DNA from: a virus
Taxonomy: Duplodnaviria > Caudoviricetes
Strand: one strand, 5' to 3'
Length of the DNA stretch: 30,359 nt
Virus record (IMG/VR): IMGVR_UViG_3300042387_000654
Coordinates: 1-30,359 of that record
Position numbers and translations under genes: made by a program. Below, one piece after another: positions 23,795 through 30,359 of this stretch (position 1 is the stretch's first letter; each line of letters starts with the position of its first letter). Below the pieces are notes generated by a model. The model was not told the DNA's origin and searched no databases. It saw only the letters and a program-made list of their open reading frames with translations.

Positions 23795-26700
23795 TGGCAG
23801 ATAGAAACCTACAACTTGCTGCGATGCAAGCGGGTCTTAATCCTGCCGAAAAAGCAAAGATTGATTCGTTATCAAAAGCATTAAACGCACATAAGAGTTT
23901 ACTCGATATGCCTGCATCTGAGGCTCGAGTTAGATTTCAGTCACTGCCAGCAGATCAACAGCAATCTTTGACTGCAACATTTGGAACAGAACCACCAGAG
24001 GATAAAAAGCGTAGCGTTCTTGGCACCGCTTGGCACTATACAGGTGGCGCAATTATTGGCGGCCTAACAGAAATTTCAGATCTTACTACACGTGCATATC
24101 GTGCAGCAGTTATTGCTAACGAGAAAATTCCACTAGGTAGCGCAGAATACTACTTGCCTAAAAACTGGAACGTCTTAACTGATGCTTGGAAAAAATCAAA
24201 TGACAACGGCGAGCTTGTATACAACGAAGGCCGACTAGAAGCTGCAAAGAAAAAGTACGGCAGTACATATGTTTCTATGGCGCAACAAGCCACAATGGGT
24301 AAGTCTCTTAGCGATTTTATTGCTACAGGTACCGAGGCTGAAAAGAAAATTGCAGCTTTAGCTGCAAAGGGGCAAGATCCTGTATGGCAAAACGTATATG
24401 ATGCAGTTGCTGCATCTAAGTACTCTCCAGGTCGTCAACTTGCTAATGCAATTCTTCCTGGATTCTTAGAAGGTACAGGATTTCTATACAAAGGAATCTC
24501 CGGAACCGCAGATGCTACATACCGCATTTTTGCAGACCCTACCCTTGCACTTGGAAAAGCTAAAAAAGCATACGATGCTGCTAACTATGCAATCATTAAG
24601 ATTGCTGGAGATCCAAAGAAGTTAGATGCTGCTTTTAATAACCCAAAGGTTGTAAACTTTTTTAACTCATACGGACCAGAACTTGAAAGATTAGGTAAGG
24701 CACGTAAAGCAAAGGATGTAAAGGCAGCCGTTGCAACGAATGAGACACTTCGTCGTATTGCTCCAGAATTTGGCCCAGCTGCAATTGATGAGTTCGTCAA
24801 GGCTGGCGTAAAAGATGCCGACACTGCAAAAGCTTATTTTCAGAACAGCGTAGATGTGCAAGGTATCCTTAAGGGTCAAGCAGCTCGTGAGACACCGCTG
24901 ATTCCACGCCTAACGCTAGGTCGTCAAGCTCGCGTTGCTGCACTTACTACTGGAAATAAAGTTCTTAATATAGACAAAGTTGGGCAAAAATTAGTCCGTG
25001 CTTTGTATGGAACTGCTCCAGAATTTGAAGATATCTTAACTGGTATTACTACCCGCTCTGAAGATATTGCAGCTTTAGAAAACAAAGTAGGACGTATCAA
25101 GGGTCCAGATGGTGTTGTGCGTTTTACGGACAACCAGATCCAGGGTCGTATTGATCGTTTTACTCGTAAGTTTACAAAAGTACCTAACGCAACATCAACA
25201 GTGTTTGATGTAATGGCCCCTAATGCTGTAGATGAAATCTACCGCACAGCACGTTTAACAAACTCTCGCTATCACAGCAGAATTATTGCTGAGACATTTG
25301 CAGCAGGTGACGAAGGTCAGCGTATGCAAATTACTAAAGGTTTGTGGAACACAATCTTTTCATCACGTGGCGTACGCAAGGGTGATCCTGGCAGGTCATT
25401 TATGGATGAGTTTGCAGGTAAAGGTTTAGAGAAGCGCTACGCTGCAGATATTGTTGTAGACGGTAAACGAGTTGGAAATCCAGCAGAGTTTGCTGGAGAG
25501 CAAGTAGCTCTATTTCCATACCAGCTTTCAACATCTATGGTTATCCCATCGGTTGTTGAACTAGATCGTCTTACTGCTCGTCAGGGTTTAGCATCTAGAA
25601 TTATTGGAGTATCACACAAGAACATTGTTGACCAAATTACATCTACTTGGTCATTCTTGACTCTTGCTGGTCCACGCTTTGCTATGCGTAATGCTATCGA
25701 AGACTCTATGTTCTTCTTGGCACGTGGCCGTAATCCTTTAGACATAGTAAAGGGAAAGCTTTGGTCTACACGTATACGTGTGGGTAAGGGCGCAGGTGCG
25801 CTTAATCCAGACGGTACAGCCAAAAGCGCATTAGATAAATTTAAGGACACAGTTTTCTTAAACTCAGAAGCCGGTGAACTTGGTGCAATTAATAAATTCT
25901 TACTAGCAGATGAATTACAAGAATTCGCTGTTAAAGTTTCTAATGCTGCAAATGAAGATGAAGTCCGTGCAATTTATGCACAAGCTGTTCTTCGTCGTAA
26001 GCTTGCATACAAACTAGATCCAGAATCAGATGAGATTCTTGCAGACGTAGCAAAGTATGGAAACCTAGACAACCTTCTTGCAGATGTAACAGAAGGTGCA
26101 AAGAATGGTGTTCGCGGTGGTGGACGCTATCAAAACGTTGCATCTGATGTAACCCGCTTCGGTAAGATGGCACCCATTACTATTGATGGCAAGTCTTACA
26201 AGCGTTCAGTTGGAGATAAGTCTTTTACTAACTTTAACCCTGTCGCTAATGAAACAGCAAAGGTTAGTTGGCTATTTCAAATTGGTGTAATGACCAATGA
26301 TGAACTAGGTCGAATTGCTGTTAAGCATTTAGATGATGAAGAAACTGCAATTGCAGAAATGTTTAAGTATCTAAAGAATATGCCACAGCGTGATCGTGAT
26401 AGTTTCCAACTTTACTTCAAGGGTGGCGATGAGGCAATTCACGCACAGCGTGCATACCTTGCAGTTCGTACTTTGTTCTCAAAGGCAGATGGAAGTCTAA
26501 ATGATGACCTTTGGAATAGAGTTGTATTCACAGATCCAGATGGTTATGTAAGAGTATCTGCCAATAAACTACGCATTTCTGACTTGCCTAATAACCCAGA
26601 ACTAGCACCTACCTTTATTTCAGGCCCAACACTTGTACCAGTATCTGCAGGAGATAACTTTGCTGCATCTATCTGGGATAAGGGCTGGGATGCAATGGGC

Positions 26701-28491
26701 GAGGCTAATGCTCGTTGGACTCGTGAGCCTATTGTTATTAATGAACTCATCCGTTACCGCAAGCAACTAGACTCATCTGGATACAGCAAGAAGGTTATTG
26801 ATAACTTTACCGCTGGTAAGACAGATGAAGCCTATGAAAAGGCCTACGCTGCAGCTAAGCGTCACATTAACGACACTGCAGAGGATCTAGCAAAGGAAAC
26901 AGCGTTAGCATTTGTTGATAATCCAGCTGTGCGAAGCCAGCTTGCTATGTCTGCTCGTAACTTTGCACGTTTTTATCGTGCAACCGAAGACTTTTATCGC
27001 CGTTTTTATCGCATAGTTCGATATAACCCAGAGGCAATCACTCGTGCGTCATTGACATACGATGGAATTTCACACTCTGGCTTCGTACAGACAGACGATA
27101 GCGGAGAACAATACTTCTTCTACCCAGGAACAACTGCTATGTACCAGGCTATGGGTAATGTTATGCAGGCTTTCGGTCAAGAAGAAGCAATCAAGGCTCC
27201 AATGCCAGTTGAATTTAGTGCTAAGTTGAAGATGATTACACCATCTACCAACCCAGACTCACTGTTCCCAACATTTGCTGGCCCATTATCTGCTATATCT
27301 CTAAAGGCTATCTTTAATCTTATCCCAGCAATTGATGGACTCGAAAGAGTATTGCTTGGTCAGTACTCAGAAGATCAACCTATGATTAATGCTGTAATGC
27401 CAGCACACGTTACACGCTTGCTGGCAACATTAGACAAGAATGAGCGTAATTCTCAGTACGCATCTGCAGCTCGTAAAGCTGCTGCATACCTAGAGGCAAC
27501 AGGTCACGGTCTAAAGCCAAAGATTGACCCAGTAACAGGGCAAGAAATTGACATTACTGCTGGTGAGCTTGAGGACTACAAGGATAAGTTACAGACTTCA
27601 ACCTTTACTGCATTGACTCTTCGCTTTATTCTTGGATTCTACGTGCCAGCTTCACCTCAAACAACTCTAAAGTCAGATGTTGCTCAGTGGGTTCGCCAAA
27701 ATGGTGAGACAAACCTAAAACAAACTTTCAACAACTTAGTTGAAAAGACAGGCAGCTACGATAAGGCTATGGAGGAATGGATCCGTCTATTCCCTAAAGA
27801 GATGCCATACACAGTATCTGAGTCTGAGAGTACAGTTACAGCTATCATTAGCTCTAACAATCAGGCACTTGGGTGGATCAATAAGAACAAGCCATTGCTT
27901 GATAAGTACCCAGAAGCTGCATCATTCTTTATCCCAAAGGTGGGAGAATTCGATTTCAACGCCTATAAGTTGCTAATAAATATGGGACTTAAGAGATCAA
28001 AGCTTGTAGAAGATTACTTACGTGAAGTAAATACATCTTACGACGAGGCTTTCTATTACGATCAACAAGATCAATTTGACGAAGAGATGGCTAATACATA
28101 TAGCGATTACTCCAAGCGTCAACTCCAGGGCCAATGGGATACTTGGGCTAAGCAGTTCAAGAAGGCACGCCCTAACCTACAGGTAGAACTAGGACGTGGC
28201 GCTGAAAGAGCTATTGAGCGCAATCAGGCTGTATCTGATTTAACAGTTATGCTTGCAGATCCAAAGGTAAAGCTCGATCCAGCAATTCGTCAACCAATCG
28301 AAGGTATGTTAAATACATACAATGATTATATCAATGCACGTGACTCCATTTTTGGTAATGGTGCATCTGCTAAGAACTACAAAGATCTATTAAAGCAACG
28401 TGCAAAGCAGGAACTAGAGCGTTTGTCGCAGACAAACCGTAACGCAGAAGATGCTTACTTTGCTCTGTTCTCAAAATTAATTAGAGACTAA
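23794..28491 (+). CDS. Large putative internal virion (DNA ejection) protein
   Basis: 1565 aa, Ala-rich and helical, no Cys, located in the structural operon after the portal. Confidence 0.6.
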   Translation: MADRNLQLAAMQAGLNPAEKAKIDSLSKALNAHKSLLDMPASEARVRFQSLPADQQQSLTATFGTEPPEDKKRSVLGTAWHYTGGAIIGGLTEISDLTTRAYRAAVIANEKIPLGSAEYYLPKNWNVLTDAWKKSNDNGELVYNEGRLEAAKKKYGSTYVSMAQQATMGKSLSDFIATGTEAEKKIAALAAKGQDPVWQNVYDAVAASKYSPGRQLANAILPGFLEGTGFLYKGISGTADATYRIFADPTLALGKAKKAYDAANYAIIKIAGDPKKLDAAFNNPKVVNFFNSYGPELERLGKARKAKDVKAAVATNETLRRIAPEFGPAAIDEFVKAGVKDADTAKAYFQNSVDVQGILKGQAARETPLIPRLTLGRQARVAALTTGNKVLNIDKVGQKLVRALYGTAPEFEDILTGITTRSEDIAALENKVGRIKGPDGVVRFTDNQIQGRIDRFTRKFTKVPNATSTVFDVMAPNAVDEIYRTARLTNSRYHSRIIAETFAAGDEGQRMQITKGLWNTIFSSRGVRKGDPGRSFMDEFAGKGLEKRYAADIVVDGKRVGNPAEFAGEQVALFPYQLSTSMVIPSVVELDRLTARQGLASRIIGVSHKNIVDQITSTWSFLTLAGPRFAMRNAIEDSMFFLARGRNPLDIVKGKLWSTRIRVGKGAGALNPDGTAKSALDKFKDTVFLNSEAGELGAINKFLLADELQEFAVKVSNAANEDEVRAIYAQAVLRRKLAYKLDPESDEILADVAKYGNLDNLLADVTEGAKNGVRGGGRYQNVASDVTRFGKMAPITIDGKSYKRSVGDKSFTNFNPVANETAKVSWLFQIGVMTNDELGRIAVKHLDDEETAIAEMFKYLKNMPQRDRDSFQLYFKGGDEAIHAQRAYLAVRTLFSKADGSLNDDLWNRVVFTDPDGYVRVSANKLRISDLPNNPELAPTFISGPTLVPVSAGDNFAASIWDKGWDAMGEANARWTREPIVINELIRYRKQLDSSGYSKKVIDNFTAGKTDEAYEKAYAAAKRHINDTAEDLAKETALAFVDNPAVRSQLAMSARNFARFYRATEDFYRRFYRIVRYNPEAITRASLTYDGISHSGFVQTDDSGEQYFFYPGTTAMYQAMGNVMQAFGQEEAIKAPMPVEFSAKLKMITPSTNPDSLFPTFAGPLSAISLKAIFNLIPAIDGLERVLLGQYSEDQPMINAVMPAHVTRLLATLDKNERNSQYASAARKAAAYLEATGHGLKPKIDPVTGQEIDITAGELEDYKDKLQTSTFTALTLRFILGFYVPASPQTTLKSDVAQWVRQNGETNLKQTFNNLVEKTGSYDKAMEEWIRLFPKEMPYTVSESESTVTAIISSNNQALGWINKNKPLLDKYPEAASFFIPKVGEFDFNAYKLLINMGLKRSKLVEDYLREVNTSYDEAFYYDQQDQFDEEMANTYSDYSKRQLQGQWDTWAKQFKKARPNLQVELGRGAERAIERNQAVSDLTVMLADPKVKLDPAIRQPIEGMLNTYNDYINARDSIFGNGASAKNYKDLLKQRAKQELERLSQTNRNAEDAYFALFSKLIRD

Positions 28492-28503
28492 CGGGAGATA
28501 ACA

Positions 28504-29241
28504 GTGGCAGAAGGCGCATTTTGGAATAACTGGAAGAACACAGCTATTCCTGCTAGTGGTGGCATCATCTCCAATTCAGGTGCATACGGTGGATTTAAGG
28601 GGAAAGAAGGAGCTACAGGAAACAATGTAGCAATGGATCCGTACATTAGTGACTTAATTGAGACCTCTCCACAAGATCGTCTTGCAATATCAAAGTTGCT
28701 AAAAGCTGCTGGATACAAAGTAACACCAAGTAGTAAATATAATAAAAGATTAGGCGATGTTTACATTCAAGTAAACCAAGAACTTGCTGTAGAAAAAGCA
28801 CGTTCTGGTCGCCCAGAACTTACCTTGCGTGATTTCCTTGTTGAAAACCAACAACCTGCATCTGGAACTACGCCAGGCCTGCCTAGTCGCAACATCTATC
28901 AGTACACAGAAGCAGACAAAATTGAGATGCTAAACGAGGTTTCTCAAACACTTCGTGGACAGGACATCACTCCAGAAGATCAATCTGCAAAATGGTACAA
29001 GGACCTTAAGAAGTCTCTTGACAATATGATTTCAACCGGCACTTTGTCTACAACAAAGAAGGTTACAAACCCTAAGACTGGTAAGCTAGAGATTCAGACT
29101 GTACAGACTCCAGGTTTCTCAAAAGATCAAATTGCTGCTACAGCAGAAAAAGCAATTCGTAAGGCAACGCCAGAAGAAGTTGCACGCAAGGAGCGTGTTG
29201 ATTTCACAGGCTGGTTATTTCAGACACTGGGAGGTAAGTAA
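28504..29241 (+). CDS. Hypothetical structural/internal virion protein
   Basis: 245 aa, RBS GGGAG, in operon. Confidence 0.65.
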   Translation: MAEGAFWNNWKNTAIPASGGIISNSGAYGGFKGKEGATGNNVAMDPYISDLIETSPQDRLAISKLLKAAGYKVTPSSKYNKRLGDVYIQVNQELAVEKARSGRPELTLRDFLVENQQPASGTTPGLPSRNIYQYTEADKIEMLNEVSQTLRGQDITPEDQSAKWYKDLKKSLDNMISTGTLSTTKKVTNPKTGKLEIQTVQTPGFSKDQIAATAEKAIRKATPEEVARKERVDFTGWLFQTLGGK

Positions 29242-30230
29242 TGGCTAACACAGCTGAACAAACCCAGTATGATACAGAATTAGCTGCTTTAAATAAGTTA
29301 ACAGGTGTAGAGCGTGCTCGTGCAAAAGAAGCATTTGATACCAAATACCCCAATGGTCGTCCAGTTAATGCTCCTGTGTCTAATGCAGAAATTGCTAGTG
29401 GTCTTAAAATAGCAACTAACCTAGGTATTGGTGAGGCGCTACTTAATGATCCTACATATGGTGAAGAACTTAGGAAAATCTTTGAACTTTACAAGACAAA
29501 TAAAACCGCTGCAGTTGAAGCGCTTTTCAAGAGTAAGTTTGGTAAGTTAGATTCAGATGCTCGCAGTCGCTATGTAACTAAACTTGAAAACTCCGACCTA
29601 TACAAAGAAGGTCTTAAGAGCTGGCTTATTGGTGTTAAGAGAAATCTAAAACAACAAGGTTCAACTCTTACAGATCAGCAACTTGAAGACTACTATATCC
29701 GTGGTATTGATGAAACAACTATTCTTGATGAAGCGCTATCTGGTGCTAAGTTTGAACCAGGAAAAACTGGTGGTACACAGGCTGGCTTCTATAACGATTT
29801 ACTAAGAATTGCAACGGCTAATGGTATTTCATCTACTTTGCTTCCAAAGGTTCTTGGCTTTGACACCATTGACCAGGTTATCAAAGAACTCCAGACTGGC
29901 GCATCCATTGAGGACTTCAACCAGAAGATTCGTAACTACGCTAAAGCTGCAGTGCCTGAGTGGGCAAAGAAGTTAATTGACCAGGGCAGCGATTTAACCG
30001 ACATTATTAGCCCATATCGAGCAACAATGGCAGATGAACTAGAAATTCCTTACACATCTATTGATGTTACTGATTCATTTATTCAAAATGCTTTATCATC
30101 TAATACAAGCCTTGCAGATATGCGTAAGCAATTACGTCAAGATTCTCGTTGGCAGTACACAGATAGAGCAAGAGAGTCAGTTTCTAACGCAGCACTTAAA
30201 GTCCTTCGTGACTTTGGATTCCAGGGGTAA
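29241..30230 (+). CDS. Hypothetical structural/internal virion protein
   Basis: 329 aa, RBS GGAGG, C-terminal 'LRQDSRWQYTDRARE...LRDFGF'. Confidence 0.65.
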   Translation: MANTAEQTQYDTELAALNKLTGVERARAKEAFDTKYPNGRPVNAPVSNAEIASGLKIATNLGIGEALLNDPTYGEELRKIFELYKTNKTAAVEALFKSKFGKLDSDARSRYVTKLENSDLYKEGLKSWLIGVKRNLKQQGSTLTDQQLEDYYIRGIDETTILDEALSGAKFEPGKTGGTQAGFYNDLLRIATANGISSTLLPKVLGFDTIDQVIKELQTGASIEDFNQKIRNYAKAAVPEWAKKLIDQGSDLTDIISPYRATMADELEIPYTSIDVTDSFIQNALSSNTSLADMRKQLRQDSRWQYTDRARESVSNAALKVLRDFGFQG

Positions 30231-30232
30231 AG

Positions 30233-30359
30233 ATGGCACGCAAAGATAGAGATATGCCAGATGGCGCTAGAACTCCTGCATCTTTTTCAAATGTAGATGA
30301 GCAAAGCCAAGCAGCAGCAAAGAGAGCATTAGCGCCAACAGCAGCGTCAGCGCCAAAAT
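30233..30359 (+). CDS. Hypothetical protein (3'-truncated)
   Basis: ATG 2 nt after the previous stop; open to the window end (MARKDRDMPDG...). Confidence 0.6.
   Translation, partial: MARKDRDMPDGARTPASFSNVDEQSQAAAKRALAPTAASAPK

Noticed and set aside
24585-27976. Short ORFs inside the 1565-aa gene
   Set aside because: Antisense or alternate-frame shadows with no supporting signals.
1-30359. Diversity-generating retroelement, integrase/lysogeny module or alternative genetic code
   Set aside because: No reverse transcriptase, template/variable repeat pair, recombinase or repressor was recognised, and genes tile densely under the standard code.

Overview
This window is about 30 kb of a tailed dsDNA phage genome, probably a small podovirus-like phage of Actinobacteria. 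The host call rests on a WhiB gene, a DUF4192-like early gene, leaderless promoters and an actinobacterial-type SOS box. The moderate GC content suggests a low-GC freshwater actinobacterial host, which is inference. The order is as follows. (1) A 5'-truncated repeat-rich tail fibre with S74 chaperone, a small protein, a glycosyltransferase, a tail protein and a lysis cassette. (2) A divergent pair of leaderless promoters driving a Zn-ribbon/HNH pair on the minus strand and a long plus-strand operon. That operon holds a proteasome-beta/HslV-like protease, a Cas4-like nuclease, WhiB, a DnaB-like helicase, a resolvase, a split primase, Nmad1, a sigma factor and an N4/N6 MTase. (3) A minus-strand early operon with many micro-genes, a lytic transglycosylase and a C5 MTase split over two overlapping frames. 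(4) A G/T-skewed non-coding control region. (5) Terminase, portal and large putative internal virion proteins. No integrase, DNA polymerase, major capsid gene, CRISPR array or complete tRNA is visible. The most notable non-obvious signals are near-consensus sites for host regulators (LexA, CRP, paired WhiA-type GACAC boxes), a minimal tRNA-like element, a pseudoknot followed by a U-tract, a structured element behind the HNH gene and the overprinted two-part C5 MTase. All family assignments come from motif recognition by eye, not database searches.
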